Assembly: GCA_046704725.1 (NCBI GenBank)
Contig: JBJKRI010000003.1
Span: 131,890 to 195,889, forward strand
Reading direction: 5' to 3'
From: Candidatus Woesearchaeota archaeon
GTDB taxonomy: Archaea > Nanobdellota > Nanobdellia > Woesearchaeales > SKIA01
Length of the DNA stretch: 64,000 nucleotides
The notes under the pieces were generated by a model, which was given only the letters and a program-made list of their open reading frames with translations, did not search any database and was not told the DNA's origin. The translations under genes and the position numbers were made by a program. Below are positions 18,610-26,782 of this stretch, one piece after another; positions within the stretch are counted from its first letter, which is position 1, and the number at the start of each line of letters is the position of its first letter.

Positions 18610-19590
18610 CTATGGCAGCACGCCCGTCACGATCACGTTGCGCGTGTACAGGTCTCCTGTATCCCCCTGGATGACGCAGACGTTCTCTGTCGTGTTGCGG
18701 ATGATGAGGTTCTGCGAGCCTGAGAGCGGTATCTGGTTGGCCTCCTCGTGCGGTGTGCCTTCCAGGTAGAGGTCTCCCGTGTCCGTGATCCACGCGGTAT
18801 CGCCATTCGCGGTGTGCACGGTGAAAGCGTTGCCCGGCGCGGGTCCCGTGGCGTTGACGTGGATGTCTCCCGCGAGCAATACGCGCCCGTGCTTGTCGAA
18901 GAGCGCGACCAGTCGCCCGTTGTGGTCGGTGATATTCAGGTGTCCGGTCTGCGAGATGCAGTAGCCGACGTGGCACATGTCTCCCGCTGCGCAGTCGCTG
19001 TCGACGTGGCAGTCGCTCGGGATGTTCACGTGCTGGTACGCGCCGGCGGTGTTGTTGATGGTCGTGTTGATGGTCCCGTTCGTGGGGGTCTGGGGCGTGT
19101 TGATGAGCTGCGGCGAGACGTAGTGGATGCTGGAGAGGGTGAAGTTGCCTCCGGTCACGCTGACCTGCAGGTAGAACGGCCCTTCCATCGTCTGGTTGCA
19201 GGTCTGGTCGCACTCCTGATCGAGGATGTGCGTGTACGTCAGGTTCGTCCCGGTGCCCAGCCGCACGACCGTCCCGCCCTTGTTGAGCAGGAAGCTCGCG
19301 TTGCTCGGCGTCGCGGGAGCGGTGTAGCTCGCAACGTGCCACGAGCCGTTCGGCCCGACGAGCTGGACATTCACGCTGCCGCTTCCCGTGTAGCGTCCGT
19401 CGAGCGTGAGGCTGGTCAACTGGTTCGGCAGTGTCAACGGCACGACTCCAGAACCCGTCAGGTTGATGTTGAGGTTCTGCGTCTGCTCACCGACCGCGAC
19501 CGAGAAGCCGCTGATGCCGGTGTTCGCGAACAATGCGAATGTCGCGACGATGCCGAGGAGGAATCCGGAGAGGATGAGCTTCTGGTTCAT
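18610..19590 (-). CDS. Secreted protein with Cys-rich motif and C-terminal triple beta repeat
   Basis: Signal/TM + ISGFSV; CHVDSDCAAGDMCHVGYC; three repeats resembling A.I..TGDLYL. Confidence 0.7.
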   Translation of the reverse strand: MNQKLILSGFLLGIVATFALFANTGISGFSVAVGEQTQNLNINLTGSGVVPLTLPNQLTSLTLDGRYTGSGSVNVQLVGPNGSWHVASYTAPATPSNASFLLNKGGTVVRLGTGTNLTYTHILDQECDQTCNQTMEGPFYLQVSVTGGNFTLSSIHYVSPQLINTPQTPTNGTINTTINNTAGAYQHVNIPSDCHVDSDCAAGDMCHVGYCISQTGHLNITDHNGRLVALFDKHGRVLLAGDIHVNATGPAPGNAFTVHTANGDTAWITDTGDLYLEGTPHEEANQIPLSGSQNLIIRNTTENVCVIQGDTGDLYTRNVIVTGVLP

Positions 19591-21542
19591 TGCAATGTCA
19601 CCACCAGTCCTTGCGCGGAGTTCGTCACCGTGCCTCCGCTGAGCTGCACGGGCGCGTTGTAGTATTCCGGCTGGATGAGTACCTCGATGGTCGAGTCGCT
19701 CGTCGCTGGTTGCAATGCACGTCCGATCACTTCACCGCTCGCTGTCGCTTTGGCGCCCACGCCCGGCGTGGAGGAGATGCCGATGCGGTCGCCGATGCTG
19801 ATGTTACCATTCACTGTGGAGACGCGCATATAAGCCTTTCCGGTCGTCGCGACCGGGTAGCCGCCGCTCTGCGCGGGTCCTGTCACGATGCCGATGATCG
19901 GGTCGTCGGTGTTGTTGGCCTTGACGACGTCGCCGGCGTTCGTGGTGTCGAGCGCGACCAGGTCGCCTCCCGAGAGCAGTTCTGTGGAGTTGTACAGGTC
20001 CGTCGCGGACGCGACGCCGATCGGCTTGCCTTTCTGGAGGCTGTCGATCTCGGCCTGCTGTTGCTGCAATGCCTTCACGATGGTCGGCACCATCGCCGTG
20101 TAGCTCACTGCCAGGTGGCCGTCGGGGGATGTCGCGACCGCTTCTGGTATCGTCGTTTGCACGTTCTGCGCGAGGAAGCCGTGCTGCACGCCTGCCTTGG
20201 GGCGGTCCTTCCAGCTGAAGTCCACCACGTTGAGCCCCTGGATGCGGGTGAGCCCGTTGATTCCTGAGTTCTGTATGCCGGTCTTGAGGCGCTGGTCGCT
20301 TACTGTATAGAGCTGGAATGTGCCGTTGTTGGCGATGTAGCCGACCTGCGTCCCGTTCGCTGTCAGCGCGTTGAGATAGTACGTCGTTCCGCTGCCGTTG
20401 TATGCTCCTGCGCTGATCTGTATGCCGTAGCGGTTGCTGTTGTTGCCGTCGTTCTTGAAGTACGCGGCGTATCCGCTCGGCGCGTTCACGTTCACGCTGA
20501 TGTTGCCGCGCGTGAACAAGGCACCGTTATGCTCGATGTAGAAGCTCGTGTCCCTGTTGCTGCTGTTGGTTCCGTTGCCGATGATGAATGCCTGGTCGCC
20601 CGCGACGTAGCTGTTCCCGGTTCCCTGCAGCGTGTTGTATCGTCCGATGACCGCCTGCGCGTAGCCCTGTGCTGTCAAGCCGAGGCCTCCTGGCACCGAG
20701 CTGTAGTATCCGCTTGCCGTGTTGGCGTTCCCGCCGAGTATCGTGCCGTAGTATCCGCTTGCCGTGTTCCCGGAACCGCCGCCGACGAAAGCGTCCTGTC
20801 CGGCGGTGTTGCCTGACCCGCCTGCGACGACTGCGTAATCATTGTTCGCCAGGTTCTGGTTCCCACCGCCGATGAACGTCTCGTAGCCGGTCGCATTGTT
20901 CTTGTTGCCTCCCGCGACGGTGCTTGTCACGCCGCTCGCGATGTTCTGGCTGCCTCCGCCGATCGATGCTCCGGCATTGCTCGCGGTGTTCTGGTATCCC
21001 CCGCTGACTGTGCTCTGCGCGGCGCTCGCGGTGTTGCGCATGCCGCCGCCCACGACGCTCTGGTTGCCGCTCGCTACTTGTGTGGCGCCGTTCCGGTCGG
21101 TCTGCAGGTCCACCGCGTTGGCTCCGCGAGCGTTGCCGCCGCTGCTGACGATGCTGCCGTTTATCGTGAGCACGCCGTTCACGAACAGTGCTGTGGTGGG
21201 GCTCGAGGTGTTGATGCCGACAAAGCTGTTCGTGTTGTCCACGAAGAACGCTCCCGCGCTCAGGTTGTTCGCGCTGCTAACGAGACTGACCAGCGCGCTC
21301 GTGTTCGTCCAGCCGCCTCCCGAGCCGCCGCCGCTCGGCCAGGTCGTCTGGCAGGACCCTGCCAGGCAGATCCGTGTGGTCGCATTGAGGGTGCCGTCGA
21401 TGGTCACATTGCTCGGGAAGATGAAGTTGCCCGCGGCGAACGTCCCGCCGCCGATCTCGCTCGCGCTGTGCCCGGGGTTCGGCGTGTACGCCATGGCGAG
21501 CGGCAAGAGCAGCAATACCAGGAGGATGAGTGGTTTACGCAT
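19587..21542 (-). CDS. Secreted trimeric fibre/adhesin-like protein with peptidase S74 (intramolecular chaperone) domain
   Basis: Signal peptide; ~14-aa GG..N.A.G..S.V repeats; SDQRLK..GL..I..L..V.F.W..HGFLAQNVQ..IPEAV..Y..MVP.IVKALQ. Confidence 0.8.
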   Translation of the reverse strand: MRKPLILLVLLLLPLAMAYTPNPGHSASEIGGGTFAAGNFIFPSNVTIDGTLNATTRICLAGSCQTTWPSGGGSGGGWTNTSALVSLVSSANNLSAGAFFVDNTNSFVGINTSSPTTALFVNGVLTINGSIVSSGGNARGANAVDLQTDRNGATQVASGNQSVVGGGMRNTASAAQSTVSGGYQNTASNAGASIGGGSQNIASGVTSTVAGGNKNNATGYETFIGGGNQNLANNDYAVVAGGSGNTAGQDAFVGGGSGNTASGYYGTILGGNANTASGYYSSVPGGLGLTAQGYAQAVIGRYNTLQGTGNSYVAGDQAFIIGNGTNSSNRDTSFYIEHNGALFTRGNISVNVNAPSGYAAYFKNDGNNSNRYGIQISAGAYNGSGTTYYLNALTANGTQVGYIANNGTFQLYTVSDQRLKTGIQNSGINGLTRIQGLNVVDFSWKDRPKAGVQHGFLAQNVQTTIPEAVATSPDGHLAVSYTAMVPTIVKALQQQQAEIDSLQKGKPIGVASATDLYNSTELLSGGDLVALDTTNAGDVVKANNTDDPIIGIVTGPAQSGGYPVATTGKAYMRVSTVNGNISIGDRIGISSTPGVGAKATASGEVIGRALQPATSDSTIEVLIQPEYYNAPVQLSGGTVTNSAQGLVVTLQ

Positions 21543-21705
21543 GCTTCTCACCTCCCTTGTCCGGCGTGATGACGCGCAAGAAGACGTTCCCTTCGAGGTC
21601 CTCGACGAAGCGGAATTCCGTGCCGGGTTCCCATCCCTTGTCCCGCACGAGGTCTACTGGGATCGTCAGTTTGTACTGCCCATTATTCTCGACGAGCTTG
21701 ACCAC
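21535..21705 (-). CDS. Small AbrB/SpoVT-like DNA-binding protein (56 aa, below ORF-track cutoff)
   Basis: Manual translation MVKLVENNGQYKLTIPVDLVRDKGWEPGTEFRFVEDLEGNVFLRV; stop overlaps the adhesin start. Confidence 0.75.
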   Translation of the reverse strand: MVKLVENNGQYKLTIPVDLVRDKGWEPGTEFRFVEDLEGNVFLRVITPDKGGEKHA

Positions 21706-21710
21706 GGGAC

Positions 21711-21733
21711 AGCAGTACTTAATAAATACTGCT
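21711..21733. promoter_or_regulatory. Inverted-repeat operator upstream of small AbrB gene
   Basis: AGCAGTA-N9-TACTGCT, with further TACTG copies to ~21777. Confidence 0.55.
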
Positions 21734-21830
21734 TTTATACTTTTCTATGGATGAATAAATACTGAAATAGTACTGGAACTGATCGTTCAATAGATTTATG
21801 TATCGTCATATCCGCTGGATGGACGGGAGG

Positions 21831-22607
21831 ATGGCACACATCGCATTTCTTGGGACGGGCGGGGACGCCTATACCGTCGCGCGGCAGGTCCGTGGCGCCG
21901 GAGGCATCATCATCGAGCTCGAAGGCCAGCAATTCCACCTCGACCCCGGCCCCGGAAGCCTTCCTATGGCAAAACAGATGGGCATCGACCTGCGCAAGAA
22001 CGTCGCGTTGCTCATCACGCACGCGCACCTCAACCACGCGGGCGACGCGAACGCCGTCCTGTCCGCTATGAGCTACGGCGGCATGGACCCGCACGGCGTG
22101 CTCATCGCGTCAGAGAGCGTCATGAGCGGCGCTCCGGGAATCTCCAAAGCGATCTCCTCGTTCCACATGCGCTGCGCGGAACGCGCATTGTCCCTCGTGG
22201 GAGTCCCCCGGGTGGGGATCAACACAGTGAATGTCAACATCCTGCCCGCAGTGCACAACGACCCGACCGCCGTCGGCTTCCAGCTCGTCGCGGGCAAGGA
22301 CCGCATCTCCTACACGGGCGACACGGGATTGACGCGCGAGGTCATCGAGGCCCATCGCGGCGCGACCGTGCTCATCGCGTGCATGCCCCTTCCCGCGGAA
22401 GAGCACTCCGCCACGCTCCTCAACGTCGAGGACGTCATCGAGCTCGCCAACGAGATCGGGCCGCGCACGCTGATCGTCACGCACTTCGGCCACCAGCTCC
22501 TCAAACAGGACGTGCGCGCGATCGGCCGCGACATCAGCAAGCGCGTCAAGGCCCATGTCATCATGGCCGAGGACGGCCTGACGCTCGACTCCAAGACCTA
22601 TCGCTGA
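21831..22607 (+). CDS. MBL-fold metallo-hydrolase
   Basis: FLGTGG..DPGPG..THAHLNH..H..YTGDT..THFG. Confidence 0.88.
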   Translation: MAHIAFLGTGGDAYTVARQVRGAGGIIIELEGQQFHLDPGPGSLPMAKQMGIDLRKNVALLITHAHLNHAGDANAVLSAMSYGGMDPHGVLIASESVMSGAPGISKAISSFHMRCAERALSLVGVPRVGINTVNVNILPAVHNDPTAVGFQLVAGKDRISYTGDTGLTREVIEAHRGATVLIACMPLPAEEHSATLLNVEDVIELANEIGPRTLIVTHFGHQLLKQDVRAIGRDISKRVKAHVIMAEDGLTLDSKTYR

Positions 22608-22646
22608 ATGCGAGGGAATAAATAGGGTCGTCCTCGATATACACGG

Positions 22647-23687
22647 ATGCGATTGTGGTGGCTGGCGATCCTCGCCGTGATAGTTGTAGCCGTCGTGCTA
22701 CTCGTCCGTCCCGGAACGCCGTCTTCAGCGCGGCAGAATCTCCCGGTACGCACGCCAGGAGCGCGCACTCCGAACAATACGCTCCAGGGCAGCAGCGCTC
22801 CCACGAATCCTCCTTCACAGACGAACACGACACCGAGCGCCCCGAAGACCACCACCGCAACAACGCTTACGGACACCATCAACGTGCACGCGATACCGTT
22901 GGGCGACGGCAAGGTCTCGAGCGCGCCCAAGCAAGGATACGTCTATTCCTGCGCCCAGACCTTCCGCACGGGCGGCGCCCAGCACGACGGCAACTGGATA
23001 CACGGCGACACGTGGGACCTCACGCAGAAGCTCTCGGTGCAGGGCGCGCTGCATTGGCCCAACGCGCAGTTCACCGTCACCACACAAGGCGACCGTCGAA
23101 TCATCACGGGAAACGGATTGCCCGTGGATTCGATAACTGGCAATTTCCCCATCAGTCCCAGCGACCCGGCGTACCAGATCGACCGCAACCCGAACACCGT
23201 CACTCCCTACAATCTCTCCCTCTCGCTGCCACTGGACCCGCAAGCGGCGGCGCAGCCGTCGTGCGTCCCCATGGGCATGGTCGGCGTCTCCCTCAACGGC
23301 GTCGCGATCTTCAACGCCCTCGACGCCGCGGGACGCGACGCGGTCGCCCACGAGGTGCAGGACGCCTGTTCGGGTCATCCGCAGGAAGCGGGCATCTATC
23401 ACTACCATGGTCCCAGCCCGTGCATGCCCGGCGTCAACAAGAGCCTCACGCTCGTCGGCTACGCCCTGGACGGCTACGGCATCTACAGCATGTACGACGC
23501 CAACGGCACGGAGATCACCGATTCGCAGCTGGACGCGTGCCACGGCGTGACTTCTGTCGTCCCCTGGGACGGCAAGATGGTCAGGATGTACCACTACGTG
23601 CTCACGCGCGAATATCCCTATACGATCGGTTGCTTCCACGGGACGCCCGTGCATGTCGGGGGGCCGCAGAAGCCCCCGCGTCCCTAG
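22647..23687 (+). CDS. YHYH-domain secreted/membrane-anchored protein
   Basis: GVSLNGV..D.C.GHP..G.YHYH..GYALDGYGIY..LDACHG..YHY..YPY.IGCF.G. Confidence 0.85.
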   Translation: MRLWWLAILAVIVVAVVLLVRPGTPSSARQNLPVRTPGARTPNNTLQGSSAPTNPPSQTNTTPSAPKTTTATTLTDTINVHAIPLGDGKVSSAPKQGYVYSCAQTFRTGGAQHDGNWIHGDTWDLTQKLSVQGALHWPNAQFTVTTQGDRRIITGNGLPVDSITGNFPISPSDPAYQIDRNPNTVTPYNLSLSLPLDPQAAAQPSCVPMGMVGVSLNGVAIFNALDAAGRDAVAHEVQDACSGHPQEAGIYHYHGPSPCMPGVNKSLTLVGYALDGYGIYSMYDANGTEITDSQLDACHGVTSVVPWDGKMVRMYHYVLTREYPYTIGCFHGTPVHVGGPQKPPRP

Positions 23688-24580
23688 AGCCCGAGCGCGA
23701 GCAGGCCGAAGAGCGCCGCGTATCCAACGAAACAGCCCGCTCCCAGGAACGGCATCGCCGGGTAGAACCGGTCCTCTTTCGCGAACACGAACAGCCCGAT
23801 AAGCGACAGCGTCGCAAACACGACGATGACGCCCGACAATCCCAACGCGGCGAGCTTGGAGTAGCCGTTGCGGATGAGGTCCTGGAGCACCGCGCTCATG
23901 AATATCAGGGGAAAAGCGATGTCCCCGCCGCCGAGCACCGCTGTCCGTCCTGATTCGGACTTCCTGGGCTTGCTCGATACAGGCGGAGGCGCGCCAGTCA
24001 GGCGGACCTTCTTCTGCTTCTTGTCGTACGGCACGAGCAGGCCAGCGAAGAGCTGGCTCTGCGTCTGGAACTCTGCCATGCGCACCATATGCTTGCTGCG
24101 CCAGACCGCGTACATGTCGTAGACTGCGATAAGGACAAGGACGCCGGCCGCTATGGGCACTGTCAGCGGCAGCCCTTGGGCGATGATGACCGCGATTCCC
24201 GCATACACGAGGATCTCCGTGACATTGTGCACGATGAGGTTCGGCTTGAAGATCTTCCACGCCGTGAGCCCCAGTGATAAGATGATCGCGACAATCCACG
24301 GCATGATCACATTGAGCGAATAGGTCATGGACAGCCAGACCGCGAGGAAGAACCAGAGCTTCCACACCTTGTAGAGCCGGAACCGGATGAGCGCGAGAAG
24401 GACTATCGTCCCGATGAGCACCCCGATGACCAGCACGCTCGCTCCTTGCGCGGCTTGCCCTGTGGAAACCGTCGGTGGACCTGCCGGAGGCGTTGCGAGC
24501 GCGATGAGGCCGAGACCCACGAGCTGCGCGACCACGAAGAACGCGACGAGCAGCATCGTGACCACGGCGGTGTGCTTCAT
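23684..24580 (-). CDS. Presenilin/signal-peptide-peptidase-like intramembrane aspartyl protease
   Basis: Multi-TM; AVYDMYAVW..KHM..MA, LGGGD, YPAMP motifs. Confidence 0.88.
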   Translation of the reverse strand: MKHTAVVTMLLVAFFVVAQLVGLGLIALATPPAGPPTVSTGQAAQGASVLVIGVLIGTIVLLALIRFRLYKVWKLWFFLAVWLSMTYSLNVIMPWIVAIILSLGLTAWKIFKPNLIVHNVTEILVYAGIAVIIAQGLPLTVPIAAGVLVLIAVYDMYAVWRSKHMVRMAEFQTQSQLFAGLLVPYDKKQKKVRLTGAPPPVSSKPRKSESGRTAVLGGGDIAFPLIFMSAVLQDLIRNGYSKLAALGLSGVIVVFATLSLIGLFVFAKEDRFYPAMPFLGAGCFVGYAALFGLLALGL

Positions 24581-24616
24581 GCGAAGGCTTCTCCCTAGCG
24601 GCTTAAAAGAGTATCG

Positions 24617-26767
24617 CTACCAGCCGGGATCCTGGTCCCAGGCCTTGATCTGGCCCCAATAATAGGACATGGCGTGGTCGGGTCCCTGGTTGAGGTTCCT
24701 TCCGAGGGCGAGGCCGATGATCTTCGTGTTCGGGCCGGTGTTGAAATTCTCGCGGTCGAAGATGAGCGTGTTGTCTATCCAGAACTTGACGACCCCTGTC
24801 CCGTTGCCGAGCTTCCAGAAGACGCGGTAGCGATGCCATTGTCCGTCGTAATACGCGTGGCTCGAGGGGGCAGGCTCCACGAGGAGTCCTGGGTCGGAGG
24901 GCTTTCCCGGACCGTTGTAGTAGAGCGCGATGCCTTCATTCTCCGGAGCGCCCACGGCGAAGTTGTCTCCGGCCTGCCCGATCTTGGCTTCGAACCTGCT
25001 GCTCACGTCCGGCGCGCCGAATAGCCACTTAAGATCCGGATTGCTCTGGCAGCCCCACGATGACGGGGCGACCGTCGTGAAGTCCGTCGGGAATCTCGCG
25101 TACCATTCCACCCAGACTTGCGTGACTGTGTGTGGGAAGACGAGGTTGTCTCCGAGCATGTAGTCCGTGCATCGACTGCTGCTGTTCGTCCTGTTCTCGA
25201 ATGTGTATCGCACTGATTGTGTGAGCGTCCCGTATCCTGTCGTCTTGTCGAGATGGATATCCTGTGGGTTCCAGTATTCGCTGTTGTAGATGCCGCGCGG
25301 GTCGGACAGCAGGTCTGCGGTGCTCGTGTATTCGCTGAAATTCTCGACGAAGAATGGCTGCACGCTCGTCCCTCCACCTGTTCCTCCTCCGGAGCTTGTT
25401 GCGACGGAGAAGCTGATCGGGTAATCGGTGGTGTCGTTGTTTCCTGCTGTGTCTTGGCATTTCACGTAGTAGTTGTATGATTGTCCGTCTGAGAGCCCCG
25501 ACACGGTTGTCGAGTGCATTGTTCCTCCGGTGTTCGAGAACGTGTTCGCCATATTCGCGTATGCGGTGTTGGCTGTTGTGCTGTACTTGCATGTCGCGTT
25601 CTCGTTCGTCGTTACTGACATGGTGGTGCTCGTCGTTCCCGAAGCGAGCGGGCTCGATGGCGAACTACCGCTGATGACTGGAGGTGTGGTGTCCGGTTTG
25701 GGTATCCAGGCGGTCCAGTTATCGAAGTCAATGTTCCCGTTCTGCGCCGGTGACCCGAGCCAGCCGTTCCCGAACACGTCCCAGTGGTCTACGGGCAGGT
25801 AGAATTGCGACATGTCGGCGGGGTCGACGTGGTCCACGCTGTCTTCGAGGAGCGCTCCGTCCACCCAGATTCGCACGCCCCGATGTCCGCTGTTGTATGT
25901 TGTTCCGTTGTCCGTGTATATCTCTATGGTGAATCGGTGCCACTTCCCGTCGTTGTATGCGCTCCAGTGCGGCGGTTCTCCGTTCGCTGTCCTGTAGATG
26001 TCCTGCCCAGAGCAGGAGTTGCTGGATGGTCCGATGAGGAATCGCGCGTCGCTGTACCAGACGCTGCAGCCGGCGATCGTGTTGACGCCGAACTCGTATC
26101 TCCCGCCGTCGTTGCCGCCTGCGGTGTGCCAGAACATGAATCCTTTGATGCCTCCAGTGTATGTGCCGATGGTCGGGTCCCATCCTGGCGTGGTCCGGAA
26201 TTCGCTCGTGAAGAAGAAGTGGTCGTACGGCGCCGCGACCTCTGGGAGCGTCCCGTTCCATGTGCCGACGCCGCGCAAGACCCATTCCGGTCCGATAATC
26301 ATCGCTGTCGTCGTGTTGTTGCCGTAGGAGAGCCGCAATGCTTTTCCTCCATTCCCATCGGGTGTGATTGTGGCGTACGTGTCGGCGTCCGGGCTGTGGA
26401 CTGGATAGGCATTGCGCATGTCGGCCGAGGTCGCGTACTCGTTGAAGTTGTCGTAGAGGACGAGCGAGTCCGCTGAAGCGTTGTACGATGGTTCCGCCAG
26501 TCCATACGTCATTCCGAAGTCGTGCGCGACGTCCACGAGGTCGAAGATGTTGACCACGCCGTCGCCGTTCACGTCGGCCGCGGCGTTGAACGAGCTTCCG
26601 GCATGGATGTTCTGCACGACAAACAGCAAGTCCTGCACGTTCACGACGCCGTCCCCGTTCACGTCGCCAGCGCCTGCGAGGACCGCAGAGCATACGAGCA
26701 ACAGGCTCAGGAGTCCTCCGATGACCAGGCCAGCCCGCATACGCATCGAGACGCATCTACAGACCAC
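24617..26767 (-). CDS. Secreted dockerin-domain protein with two lyase/LamG-like jelly-roll domains and an Ig-like linker
   Basis: Signal peptide; GDVNGDGVVNVQDL..ADVNGDGVVNIFDL duplicated Ca-binding loops; DGKWHRFTI..IWVDG and DGQWHRYRV..FWIDN; true start probably ~26746. Confidence 0.8.
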   Translation of the reverse strand: MVCRCVSMRMRAGLVIGGLLSLLLVCSAVLAGAGDVNGDGVVNVQDLLFVVQNIHAGSSFNAAADVNGDGVVNIFDLVDVAHDFGMTYGLAEPSYNASADSLVLYDNFNEYATSADMRNAYPVHSPDADTYATITPDGNGGKALRLSYGNNTTTAMIIGPEWVLRGVGTWNGTLPEVAAPYDHFFFTSEFRTTPGWDPTIGTYTGGIKGFMFWHTAGGNDGGRYEFGVNTIAGCSVWYSDARFLIGPSSNSCSGQDIYRTANGEPPHWSAYNDGKWHRFTIEIYTDNGTTYNSGHRGVRIWVDGALLEDSVDHVDPADMSQFYLPVDHWDVFGNGWLGSPAQNGNIDFDNWTAWIPKPDTTPPVISGSSPSSPLASGTTSTTMSVTTNENATCKYSTTANTAYANMANTFSNTGGTMHSTTVSGLSDGQSYNYYVKCQDTAGNNDTTDYPISFSVATSSGGGTGGGTSVQPFFVENFSEYTSTADLLSDPRGIYNSEYWNPQDIHLDKTTGYGTLTQSVRYTFENRTNSSSRCTDYMLGDNLVFPHTVTQVWVEWYARFPTDFTTVAPSSWGCQSNPDLKWLFGAPDVSSRFEAKIGQAGDNFAVGAPENEGIALYYNGPGKPSDPGLLVEPAPSSHAYYDGQWHRYRVFWKLGNGTGVVKFWIDNTLIFDRENFNTGPNTKIIGLALGRNLNQGPDHAMSYYWGQIKAWDQDPGW

Positions 26768-26782
26768 GGAATAAAAGCGTAT

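Noticed and set aside
20690-21080. Direct repeats (e.g. GTAGTATCCGCTTGCCGTGTT twice) as CRISPR or DGR
   Set aside because: They are in-frame coding repeats of the adhesin; no regular spacers, cas genes or reverse transcriptase
19587-21542. Prophage
   Set aside because: The fibre-like gene has a signal peptide, and no capsid, terminase, portal or integrase gene is present
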